Origin: Alphaproteobacteria bacterium
Lineage (GTDB): Bacteria > Pseudomonadota > Alphaproteobacteria > SP197
DNA length: 64,000 nucleotides
Assembly (NCBI GenBank): GCA_965242595.1
Contig: OZ251464.1
Span: 1,188,301-1,252,300 of the forward strand
Direction: 5' to 3'
Numbering within the stretch: the first letter of the stretch is position 1; each line of letters starts with the position of its first letter. A program made the position numbers and the translations under genes. Of this stretch, positions 41,993-50,272 are shown piece after piece. The notes beneath the pieces were generated by a model. The model did not search any database. It worked only from the letters and a program-made list of their open reading frames with translations, and had not been told where the DNA came from.

Positions 41993-42317
41993 GTCAGCCC
42001 TGGAGAGCGATCTGGGCGGTCAGTCGGGCCGATGCCGGCTATCCACAGCACATGGGAGGAGGTCTCCAAGGGCAAGCATCACCGCCCCTCTATGAATTCG
42101 GTGAAACCGCGACGCTCGACGGAGGGCTGGTGGTGATCGGCTCCAGAAAGGTGGATGCTGGGTTGGTGGCTCATGCGGGTGCTTTGCAGGCAGGCGGCAG
42201 GCTGGTCCTGATTTGTCCCGCCGCCCGTCACGAGCTTCCCCGCGCCCACCTACCGCGCCGTTGCCGCCCCGTCCGGCCTCTGCTATCGCTCGTCCCGGCA
42301 GCGGCAGCGGGGGCGCC

Positions 42318-43142
42318 ATGTTCGCAAGGACGCTGGCAGGCTTGAGGGCGGCGGGCGAAGAGAAGGTCGTCGCCCACGGCAAGGCGCGGGTGGTGCGCCT
42401 GGTGACGCGCCGCGACGGCATGGGCTTTTCCATGTCGGATGTGCGCGTCGCTGCCGGCGTGGTGAGCGAGCTTTGGTATAAACACCATTGGGAAGCCAAC
42501 TACATCGTCGCCGGCACCCTGGGCGTGGAGGAGGTGAACGGCGGGCGTTCCTGGACCCTGGGGCCGGGCGGCCTCTATTGCGTCGGGCCTCGCGACCGCC
42601 ACCGCCTGCGCGCGGTGAGCGATGTGCAGGCCGTCAGCATCTTCAATCCGCCGCTGACCGGCGACGAAAACCACGACAACGACGGCGCCTATCCGCCCGG
42701 CGGCGATGTTCCGGAGGGCCAGCCAGCGATGTTCGTGCGCACGCTTGCCGAGCTGCGCGCCGCCGGGCGGGAGATGACGGTGGCCGATGGCAGCGCCCGC
42801 AGCCTGCGCATGGCGCTGAAGGCCGACGGGCTGGGTTTCTCGGTCAGCGATGTCCGGCTGGCGGCCGGCAGCCGCAACAGGCTTTGGTATAAGAACCATT
42901 GGGAGGCCAACTATGTCCTGGCGGGCAAGGGCGCCGTCACCGCCCTGGCAACGGGCCAGGAATGGGCCCTGGCGCCCGGCATGCTCTATTGCGTCGGCCC
43001 CAGCGACCGCCACGCCATGCACGCCCACAGCGATCTGCACCTGGTCTCCATCTTCTGCCCGGCGCTGATGGGCCACGAACAGCACGACGCCGAAGGCAGC
43101 CTGGCCGCCAGCGGCCCCGTGCCGCCCGGCCCTTCCGCCTGA
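42318..43142 (+). CDS. tandem double-cupin protein with two ectoine synthase (EctC)-like domains
   Basis: Two consecutive copies of about 137 aa, each with the EctC-like WYKHHWEANY(I/V)(V/L)AG and L(Y)CVGP(R/S)DRH motifs. No ectA or ectB nearby. The ORF begins at 42213, but MFARTL (42318) matches the start of the second copy (MFVRTL). Confidence 0.7.
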   Translation: MFARTLAGLRAAGEEKVVAHGKARVVRLVTRRDGMGFSMSDVRVAAGVVSELWYKHHWEANYIVAGTLGVEEVNGGRSWTLGPGGLYCVGPRDRHRLRAVSDVQAVSIFNPPLTGDENHDNDGAYPPGGDVPEGQPAMFVRTLAELRAAGREMTVADGSARSLRMALKADGLGFSVSDVRLAAGSRNRLWYKNHWEANYVLAGKGAVTALATGQEWALAPGMLYCVGPSDRHAMHAHSDLHLVSIFCPALMGHEQHDAEGSLAASGPVPPGPSA

Positions 43143-43152
43143 CCGGCGGGCG

Positions 43153-43725
43153 TCAGTTGGGCCGCCCGCTGTCGTCGGCGGCGGTGGAAAGCAGGGCCGG
43201 GTCGATGCCGATCCGGGTCAGCGCCTTGTGCCATTTGCCGCCCAGGTCGCGGTCGAACAGCAGTTCGGGGTCGGCCTCGCAGGTCAGCCAGCCATTGGCC
43301 TGGAGTTCCGCATCCAGCTGGCCGGGCGCCCAGCCGGCATAGCCCAGGGCCAGGATGCTGCTCTGCGGTCCGCTGCCCGCCGCCATGGCGCGCAGCACCT
43401 CGACGGTGGCGGTCAGCGCGATGCCGCCGGCGATGCGCAGGCTGCCATCGTTCATATAGTCGTCGGAATGCAGCACAAAGCCGCGCCCGGTCTCCACCGG
43501 CCCGCCGAAATGCAGCCGGATGGTGCCGCCGCCGCGCTCTTCGATCCCCATCTGCTCCAGCAGGTCGGCGAAGGAAAGCTCGTCCAGCGGCTTGTTCACC
43601 ACCAGGCCCATGGCGCCCTCCGTGCTGTGGGCGCAAACATAGATCACGCTGCGCTCGAAACGGGGATCGCCCATGGTCGGCATGGCGACCAGGAAACGGC
43701 CTTCCAGATAGCGGTCGTCGGCCAT
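43153..43725 (-). CDS. yqgE: YqgE/AlgH family protein (UPF0301)
   Basis: LEGRFLVAMPTMGDPRFERSVIYVCAHSTEGAMGLVVNKP is the conserved YqgE N-terminus. Confidence 0.85.
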   Translation of the reverse strand: MADDRYLEGRFLVAMPTMGDPRFERSVIYVCAHSTEGAMGLVVNKPLDELSFADLLEQMGIEERGGGTIRLHFGGPVETGRGFVLHSDDYMNDGSLRIAGGIALTATVEVLRAMAAGSGPQSSILALGYAGWAPGQLDAELQANGWLTCEADPELLFDRDLGGKWHKALTRIGIDPALLSTAADDSGRPN

Positions 43726-43880
43726 GGCGTCGGCTCCCCCGTCGTTCGTGGCCCATGGTCGGGATAATCGCTGCCACTGGCAAGGGCGGGCGCCGCCTCT
43801 GGCGCGGCCTGGCGCTCGCCACGCGGCTTGAGCACGGCGGGAAAGCGGGCCATACCGGGCCAGACATCCGGGAGGAAACC

Positions 43881-44363
43881 ATGACCATTCAGGTTGGCGA
43901 CAGCATGCCCAAGGGCACCTTGCACCGCATGGGCGAAGGCGGGCCGAAGGCCATCGCCACCGACGAGCTCTTCGCGGGCAAAAAGGTGGTGCTGTTCTCG
44001 GTGCCGGGCGCCTTCACGCCCACCTGTTCCCAGCGCCATCTGCCGGGCTTCGTCCACCATGCCGATGCCCTGAAGGCCAAAGGCATCGACACCATCGCCT
44101 GCATGGCCGTGAACGATGCCTTCGTGATGGGCGCCTGGGGCGAGGATCAGAATGTCGGCGACAAGGTGCTGATGCTGGCCGACGGCTCGGCCAGCTATGC
44201 CAGGGCGCTGGGGCTGGAGCTGGACCTGACCGCCGTCGCCTTCGGTGTGCGCGGCAAGCGGTTTTCGCTGCTGGTGGAGGATGGCGTGGTCCGCAGCGTC
44301 AACATCGACGAGGAGGGCCTGGCGAGCAGCAGCGCCGAGGCCATGCTGGAACAGCTGGGCTGA
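43881..44363 (+). CDS. peroxiredoxin (Prx5-like, AhpC/TSA family)
   Basis: GAFTPTCS peroxidatic cysteine motif; 160 aa; SD GGAGGAAACC. Confidence 0.85.
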   Translation: MTIQVGDSMPKGTLHRMGEGGPKAIATDELFAGKKVVLFSVPGAFTPTCSQRHLPGFVHHADALKAKGIDTIACMAVNDAFVMGAWGEDQNVGDKVLMLADGSASYARALGLELDLTAVAFGVRGKRFSLLVEDGVVRSVNIDEEGLASSSAEAMLEQLG

Positions 44364-44386
44364 AGCGGCGGGGGCCTTCAGCGGGG
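44361..44386. terminator. candidate bidirectional hairpin between convergent prx and rnhA
   Basis: GCTGAAG-cggcggggg-CCTTCAGC inverted repeat (7-bp stem) spanning both stop codons; no clear U-tract. Confidence 0.2.
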
Positions 44387-44836
44387 CAGAAAGGGCGCCA
44401 TTCCCCGCCGGGCCAGGGCGTCGGCGCGTTCGTTGCCGGGATCGCCGCTATGGCCCTTCACCCACCGCCAGTCGATGCGATGGGGCGCGGCCGCCTCGGC
44501 CAGCCGCCGCCACAGATCGGCGTTCTTGACCGGCGCGCGGGCCGATGTGCGCCAGCCATTGGCCTGCCAGCGGGGCAGCCAGGCGGTGATGCCCTGGCGC
44601 AGATAGGTGCTGTCGGTGTGCAGCACCACGGCGCTGGCGCGCTTCAGCGCCCCCAGGGCGCGGATGGCCGCCTCCAGCTCCATGCGGTTGTTGGTGGTCT
44701 CTGCCATGCCGCCGCAGAGCTCCCGCTCCCGTTCGTGCCACAGCAGCAGCGCGCCCCAGCCGCCGGGGCCGGGATTGCCGGCGCAGGCGCCGTCGGTATA
44801 GACGACGATGGGCCGGTCGCCGCCGGTCCTAGCCAT
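44378..44836 (-). CDS. rnhA: ribonuclease HI
   Basis: [20 protein letters not shown]...[13 protein letters not shown]...HTDSTYL...[15 protein letters not shown]; start at MARTGG, with alternative upstream ATGs. Confidence 0.85.
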   Translation of the reverse strand: MARTGGDRPIVVYTDGACAGNPGPGGWGALLLWHERERELCGGMAETTNNRMELEAAIRALGALKRASAVVLHTDSTYLRQGITAWLPRWQANGWRTSARAPVKNADLWRRLAEAAAPHRIDWRWVKGHSGDPGNERADALARRGMAPFLPR

Positions 44837-45797
44837 CCGCCAGGCCATAGGCGGCGGCGCTGGCCACGCCCCGGTGGAAACGCAGCCGGGCGAGATAGGC
44901 CCGGGGATCTTTGGGCTGCACCAGGGCGCCATCCACCGGGTGGAGGCGGTCGTAAAGGCGGGTCAGCAGAAAGCGCAGCGCCGCGCCGCGGGCCAGCAGC
45001 GGCAGGGCCTGGAGCTCGCCCGCCTCGAACGGGCGCACCCGGCGATAGGCATGGAGCAGCGCCCGCGCCTTGGTGACGTTGAACTCGCGGGCGTGCTCGA
45101 AGCACCAGGCGTTGAGGCAGATCGCCACGTCGTAGGCGAACAGGTCGTTGCAGGCGAAGTAGAAATCGATCAGCCCGGTCAGCGCGCCGCCCTCGAAAAA
45201 GGCGTTGTCGCGAAACAGGTCGGCATGGATGACGCCGGCGGGCAAATCCCGGGGCCAGCCCGCCTCCATGGCCGCGATCTCGCCCGCGATCTCGCCCGCC
45301 AGGCCCGCCTCGATGCGGTCGGCATCGCGGCCGCAGCGCTCCGCCAGGCGCCGCCAACCTGCCAGGGAAAGGTCGTTCGCCCGTCCGATGGCGAAATCCG
45401 CCCCTTTCAGATGCATGTCGGCCAGGGCGCGCCCGACACCGGCGCAATGCTCCACCCGCGCGCGCGAGGGCGAGACGCCCTTCAGAAAGCTGACCAGGGC
45501 GGCCGGGCGCCCGTTCAGCTGCTTCAGCGCGATGCCGTTGCGGTCGCCGATGGGGGTGGGGCAGGGCACGCCGCGCGCCGCCAGATGCTCCATCAGCCCC
45601 AGGAAAAAGGGCAGGTCGCAGGCGGCGACACGCTTCTCGTAAAGGGTAAGGATGAAGGGGCCGGCCTCCGTCATCACGAAATAGTTGCTGTTCTCGATGC
45701 CTTCGGCGATGCCTTTCAGCGACAGCAGGGCGCCCAGGTCGTAATCGGCCAGGAAGGCGGCCAGTTCCTCGGCGGCAACCTCGGTATAGACGGCCAT
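44829..45797 (-). CDS. thrB: homoserine kinase, type II (APH-fold)
   Basis: Aminoglycoside-phosphotransferase-like kinase: IENSNYFV..., [11 protein letters not shown], and Brenner motif ...IDFYFAC.D. Typical alphaproteobacterial ThrB next to ispH. Confidence 0.75.
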   Translation of the reverse strand: MAVYTEVAAEELAAFLADYDLGALLSLKGIAEGIENSNYFVMTEAGPFILTLYEKRVAACDLPFFLGLMEHLAARGVPCPTPIGDRNGIALKQLNGRPAALVSFLKGVSPSRARVEHCAGVGRALADMHLKGADFAIGRANDLSLAGWRRLAERCGRDADRIEAGLAGEIAGEIAAMEAGWPRDLPAGVIHADLFRDNAFFEGGALTGLIDFYFACNDLFAYDVAICLNAWCFEHAREFNVTKARALLHAYRRVRPFEAGELQALPLLARGAALRFLLTRLYDRLHPVDGALVQPKDPRAYLARLRFHRGVASAAAYGLADG

Positions 45798-45798
45798 G

Positions 45799-46785
45799 TC
45801 AGCCGGCCAGGGCGCGGGGCAGCTTGAAGCGCACATCCTCGTGGCGCAGCACCACCTCTTCCACCTCCAGCGCGCGGCGCCGGGCCAGGGCGGCCATGGT
45901 CTCTTCCACCAGCGCCTCCGGGGCCGAGGCCCCGGCCGTGATGCCCAGCGTGGCGACCCCGTCCAGGGCCAGGGCGCCCAGCTCCCCCGCCCGCGCGATC
46001 AGCGCCGCGCGCGTGGCCCCGGCGGCGCGCGCCACCTCCACCAGCCGCAGCGAATTGGAGGAATTGGCGGCGCCGATCACCAGCAGCAGATCGCAGCGGG
46101 GCGCGATCGCCTTCACCGCCTGTTGGCGGTTGGTGGTGGCGTAGCAGATGTCCTGGCGATGCGGCCCGCGAATGGCGGGAAAGCGGCGCCGCAGGCAGGC
46201 GACGATGGCGGCGGTGTCGTCCAGCGAAAGGGTGGTCTGGGTGATATAGGCCAGCTTTTCGCCGTCGCCGGGCGCGAAGGCTTCGGCCTCTTGCACGGAT
46301 TGCACCAGGGCGATGGCGCCTTCGGGCAGCTGGCCCATGGTGCCCACCACTTCGGGATGGCCGGCATGGCCGATCAGCACGATCTCCCGCCCGGCCGCAT
46401 GGTGTTTTTCCGCCTCGCGGTGGACCTTGGAGACCAGCGGGCAGGTGGCGTCCAGCTGGAACAGGCCGCGCCTTGCCGCCGCCGCCGGCACCGCCTTGGG
46501 CACGCCATGGGCGGAAAAGATCACCGGGCGGTCGTCGTCCGGCACATCGTCCAGCTCTTCGACGAACACCGCGCCTTTCGCCTCCAGGGCCGCGACCACG
46601 AAGCGGTTGTGGACGATCTCGTGGCGCACATAAACCGGCGCGCCATAGCGTTGCAGCGCCTTCTCCACGATCTGCACGGCGCGATCGACGCCGGCGCAAA
46701 AGCCCCTGGGGCTGGCCAGCAGCACCTTCAGCGGCGCCAGCCCTTCGCCCCTCTCTTCCGCCTCGCCGCGCTTGCCATGGTTCAT
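45799..46785 (-). CDS. ispH: 4-hydroxy-3-methylbut-2-enyl diphosphate reductase
   Basis: [15 protein letters not shown]...HEIVHN...ATCPLV..; three Cys ligands; 328 aa. Confidence 0.9.
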   Translation of the reverse strand: MNHGKRGEAEERGEGLAPLKVLLASPRGFCAGVDRAVQIVEKALQRYGAPVYVRHEIVHNRFVVAALEAKGAVFVEELDDVPDDDRPVIFSAHGVPKAVPAAAARRGLFQLDATCPLVSKVHREAEKHHAAGREIVLIGHAGHPEVVGTMGQLPEGAIALVQSVQEAEAFAPGDGEKLAYITQTTLSLDDTAAIVACLRRRFPAIRGPHRQDICYATTNRQQAVKAIAPRCDLLLVIGAANSSNSLRLVEVARAAGATRAALIARAGELGALALDGVATLGITAGASAPEALVEETMAALARRRALEVEEVVLRHEDVRFKLPRALAG

Positions 46786-46869
46786 GTCGTCTCTTGCCCG
46801 CCGCCGCCGCCGCCCCTATGGTGGCGGCGTTTCCATAGCCGTTCCCGTCGCGCCATGGAAGGAGGAGGG

Positions 46870-47112
46870 ATGAGCGAAGGCGTCGTCGTCGCCCGCAAGA
46901 GCCCCTATAAGGTGGCGCTGAAACAGGGCAAGAAGTATTTCTGGTGCAGCTGCGGTCGCAGCGCCAGCCAGCCGTTCTGCGACGGTTCCCACAAGGGCAG
47001 CGGCCTGCTGCCCGCCATCTTCACGGCCGAGAAGGACGAGGACGCCTGGCTGTGCGGATGCAAGCACACCGAAGGCAGGCCGTTCTGCGACGGCAGCCAC
47101 AACAGCCTGTGA
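46870..47112 (+). CDS. CDGSH iron-sulfur domain protein (two CDGSH motifs)
   Basis: CSCGRSASQPFCDGSH and CGCKHTEGRPFCDGSH; SD GGAGGAGGG. Confidence 0.8.
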   Translation: MSEGVVVARKSPYKVALKQGKKYFWCSCGRSASQPFCDGSHKGSGLLPAIFTAEKDEDAWLCGCKHTEGRPFCDGSHNSL

Positions 47113-47684
47113 TCGCTGCGCTCTGCGCCCGTCCGGCGGCGGCGCTGCGCCGCGTGGCGGGCGGCCTGCGGCGCCGGGCGCTGCTGGGGGCGCTGCTGGC
47201 GCTGGCCGGCTGCGGCGGCGAGGATGGCGCCTATGTGCTGACCTGCCCCCAGGCGCTGATCGTCGCCGACGCCGCGCGCCTGACCCTCTATGCCCCGGGC
47301 GCGGGGCGCGACCTGCTGGATATGCGCTTCGACGCCTCCATCGCCGCCCTGGACTGGACCTGCGAGTTCTTCCCCGGCGAGAACCGGGTCGATGTCGAGC
47401 TGCGAACGGCGCTGCGGGCGCTGCGCGGGCCTGCGGCCGAGGCGCCGTCGGTCAGCCTGCCGGTCTTCGTCGCCGTCGCGGATCCGCAGGGCCAGCTGCT
47501 GGCCAGGCGCGTCTTTCAGCTGGAGATCGGCTTTCCCGGCGCCGAGGTCGAGGTTGGCCACATCTGGCCCACGCGCCAGAGCCTGCCGCTGGGCCCGGGC
47601 CGGGCGGCGGCGGACTACACCCTTTATGTCGGCTATCGGCTGACCCGCGACCAGCTGGCCGAAGCGCGCGCCGCCGCCCCGTAG
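47109..47684 (+). CDS. predicted lipoprotein, hypothetical
   Basis: Lipobox LLALAGCGG following a basic n-region; the GTG start overlaps the CDGSH stop. Confidence 0.45.
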   Translation: MIAALCARPAAALRRVAGGLRRRALLGALLALAGCGGEDGAYVLTCPQALIVADAARLTLYAPGAGRDLLDMRFDASIAALDWTCEFFPGENRVDVELRTALRALRGPAAEAPSVSLPVFVAVADPQGQLLARRVFQLEIGFPGAEVEVGHIWPTRQSLPLGPGRAAADYTLYVGYRLTRDQLAEARAAAP

Positions 47685-47701
47685 GGCGGGCCGGCGCCGC
47701 G

Positions 47702-48193
47702 TCAGTGCAGGCGCCTGCCGATGTCGTCTATGGCCCTTTCCACCAGCTCCGCCTGGCGGGCTTCGTCCAGCTTGTCGCCCAGCAGCTTGCGGGCGGCTTT
47801 CAGGGCCAGTTCGGCCGTGGCGGCGCGCAATGCGCGCATGGCGTCGGCTTCGGCCTGGGCGATGCGCTCGTCCGCCAGCCGACGGCGGCGTTCCACCTGA
47901 CGCTCCAGGTCTTCGATGGCGCGTTTCGCCAGCCTGTCCGCCTCCTCCCTGGCCTGGGCCAGAATCGCCTCCACCTCGCGGTCGGCCTCGCGCTGTTTGC
48001 GTTCCTGCGCGGCCAGCAGCTCCTGCGCTTCCTCGCGCAGGCGCCGCGCCTCCTCCAGCTCGCCGGCGATGCGCTTGCCCCGCCTGTCCAGGCCCGCCAG
48101 GGCCATCCTGGAAAGCGGCCTGGCGACCATGGCGATGGCGACGACGAAGGCGACGGCGACCCAGAAGGTCGGGTCTGCGAACAGATGTTCCAT
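47702..48193 (-). CDS. atpF: ATP synthase F0 subunit b
   Basis: N-terminal transmembrane helix followed by a long charged helix; its position in the F0 operon. Confidence 0.85.
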   Translation of the reverse strand: MEHLFADPTFWVAVAFVVAIAMVARPLSRMALAGLDRRGKRIAGELEEARRLREEAQELLAAQERKQREADREVEAILAQAREEADRLAKRAIEDLERQVERRRRLADERIAQAEADAMRALRAATAELALKAARKLLGDKLDEARQAELVERAIDDIGRRLH

Positions 48194-48194
48194 G

Positions 48195-48680
48195 TCAGGC
48201 CTCCCCGGCAGCGTCCACCGCCCGCAGCGCCTCGTCCTCGCCGGCCTCGATGCCGGCCAGCTTCGCCGCCGCCAGCCGCGCCGCTTCGGCGGCCATGGGC
48301 ACCAGGCGCTCCATGGCCTCGGCTCTGGCGCTGGCGATGGCCTGCTGCGCCTGGTCGATGCGCTCTGCCAGTTCCGAATCCAGGGCGCGGTTGCGCGTCT
48401 CGGCCGCCTCGCTGCCGGCCTGGGCGGCCCGGGCTACGGCCTGGCGGGCGCGGTCGCGGGCATCGGCAAGGGCCGCCTCATAGGCGGATGCCGCCTGTTC
48501 GGCCTCGCTCCTGGCCCGTTCGGCGGCATCCAGGTCGTTCGCCCGCCGCCGCTGGCGTTCGGCCAGCACGCCGCCGATGCGGGGCAGGGCGATGCGGGCC
48601 ATGGCCAGATAAAGCACGGCAAAGCAGACCGCCAGCCAGAAGACCTGCGGCAGAAAATGCCAGAATTCCAGCTGAGGCAT
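48195..48680 (-). CDS. atpF2: ATP synthase F0 subunit b'
   Basis: MPQLEFWHFLPQVFWL (typical b' start), a transmembrane helix, then a charged helix. Confidence 0.85.
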   Translation of the reverse strand: MPQLEFWHFLPQVFWLAVCFAVLYLAMARIALPRIGGVLAERQRRRANDLDAAERARSEAEQAASAYEAALADARDRARQAVARAAQAGSEAAETRNRALDSELAERIDQAQQAIASARAEAMERLVPMAAEAARLAAAKLAGIEAGEDEALRAVDAAGEA

Positions 48681-48714
48681 GGGCCGGACCTCGCGCGAAG
48701 CGTGCGGCGCCGGC

Positions 48715-48942
48715 CTAGAACACGAACAGCAGCAGCAGGGCGATCAGCAGGGCATAGAGCGCCACCGCCTCGACCAGCGCGAAGCCGATCCACATGAAGC
48801 CCTGGACATGGCCGGCGGCGGCCGGATTGCGCCCCACCGATGAGATCATGGAGGCGAAGATGTTGCCGATACCGGCCCCCACGCCCCCCAGGCCGATCAC
48901 GGCCAGACCGGCTCCGATCAGCTTTGCAGCTTCAGCATCCAT
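48715..48942 (-). CDS. atpE: ATP synthase F0 subunit c
   Basis: 75 aa hairpin with GxGxGxG ...R.P... and a conserved acidic residue (E) in transmembrane helix 2. Confidence 0.9.
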   Translation of the reverse strand: MDAEAAKLIGAGLAVIGLGGVGAGIGNIFASMISSVGRNPAAAGHVQGFMWIGFALVEAVALYALLIALLLLFVF

Positions 48943-49029
48943 AATCCTTGTCCTCTCCTTGTCTGCGAGGTGGTTCGGGTGGCGGCGCGGCGGCCGCCAG
49001 GGTTCGGCCCATGGTTCGGTGCCCGGCGC

Positions 49030-49785
49030 TCAGTGCATGTGGATGGCGTCGTGCAGATAGATGCAACTCAAAACCGCGAACACATAAGCCTGAAGAAAGG
49101 CGATGGCGAATTCCAGCACGGTCAGCCCCACCACCGCCGCCATGGGAATGGCTGCGGGCACAACATAAAACGCCCCCAGCGGCACCACGAAGCCGGCGAA
49201 CACCTTCAGCATGGTATGGCCGGCGGTAAGGTTGGCGAACAGGCGCAGCCCCAGGCTGACCGGGCGGATGAGGTAGCTCAGCACCTCGATGGGGATCACC
49301 AGCGGCGCCAGAAAGCCCGGCACGCCGGTCGGCAGGAAGAAGTGGAAAAAGCCCAGGCCGTGCCTGACGAAGCCAACCACGGTTACGCCGATGAAGACCG
49401 CCAGCGCCAGGCCGAAGGTGACGACGACCTGGCTGGTGACCGTGAAGCCGTAGGGCAGCATGCCCAGCATGTTGCAGGCCAGCACGAACATGAACAGCGT
49501 GAAGACGAAGGGGAAAAAGGGCCGCCCCTCCTGGCCGACATTGTCGCGCACCATGTTGGCGACGAACTCATAGGCGAGCTCCACCAGGGATTGCATGCGC
49601 CCCGGCACCATGGCGCGCTTGCCGATGAAAACGGTGGTGAAGGCGATCACCAGCGCCGTGGCCGCCATCATCCACACGGCCGAATTGGTCACATCCAGCG
49701 CCAGACCGCCGACATCGATCTCGACCAGGGGCCGCACCGCGAATTGTTCCAGCGGGTTGTGCCCGCCCTGGGATTCAGCCGCCAC
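49030..49785 (-). CDS. atpB: ATP synthase F0 subunit a
   Basis: NPLEQF N-terminal motif, with LRLFANLTAGH containing the essential Arg. GTG start assumed. Confidence 0.88.
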   Translation of the reverse strand: MAAESQGGHNPLEQFAVRPLVEIDVGGLALDVTNSAVWMMAATALVIAFTTVFIGKRAMVPGRMQSLVELAYEFVANMVRDNVGQEGRPFFPFVFTLFMFVLACNMLGMLPYGFTVTSQVVVTFGLALAVFIGVTVVGFVRHGLGFFHFFLPTGVPGFLAPLVIPIEVLSYLIRPVSLGLRLFANLTAGHTMLKVFAGFVVPLGAFYVVPAAIPMAAVVGLTVLEFAIAFLQAYVFAVLSCIYLHDAIHMH

Positions 49786-50140
49786 GCCCGGCCTCGTTCT
49801 TGCTGCCGCCCAGCGGGGCGCCCGGCAGGCCGCCGCCCGCCCCATGGACCACGCGATAGACGTTCATGAACCCGGCCGCCATGCCCATGATCAGCAGCAG
49901 GATCAGAAACAGGGGCGCGCTGCCCAGCTCCCGATCGAGCCACAGGCCCAGGAACACCGATACGCCCAGGGCGGCCACCAGCTCGATCGCCAGCCGCATG
50001 GCCATGCCATAGCCGGAGGCGGCGGCCCGGCCAGCGGCGGCGGGGCGAGGGCTGGCGCGGGCGGCGGCGATCCGCTCCCGCAGGCCGGGCGCTTCCCCAC
50101 AGCCACCCTCGCGGGCCGGGGAACGGTCATGCTGGGTCAT
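49775..50140 (-). CDS. atpI: ATP synthase protein I-like small membrane protein
   Basis: Two hydrophobic helices (LAIELVAALGVSVFLGLWLD, LFLILLLIMGMAAGF), immediately upstream of atpB; start uncertain. Confidence 0.5.
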   Translation of the reverse strand: MTQHDRSPAREGGCGEAPGLRERIAAARASPRPAAAGRAAASGYGMAMRLAIELVAALGVSVFLGLWLDRELGSAPLFLILLLIMGMAAGFMNVYRVVHGAGGGLPGAPLGGSKNEAGRGG

Positions 50141-50272
50141 GCGAGCGTCCCGCGCGCGAATAGCTACCCTTGCAGCCTAGGGTGGCGCCCGCCCGCCCGT
50201 CAAGCTCCACCGCCGCCAGCGCAAAAGCCCACCCGGCCGCGCCAGCCGCAATGTCGCGCCCCATGGCGCGCG

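Noticed and set aside
42020-42499. Listed 159-aa minus-strand ORF between the island and the EctC-like gene
   Set aside because: High-GC, Ala/Arg/Pro-rich, partly antisense to the EctC-like gene, with no motif. Probably non-coding.
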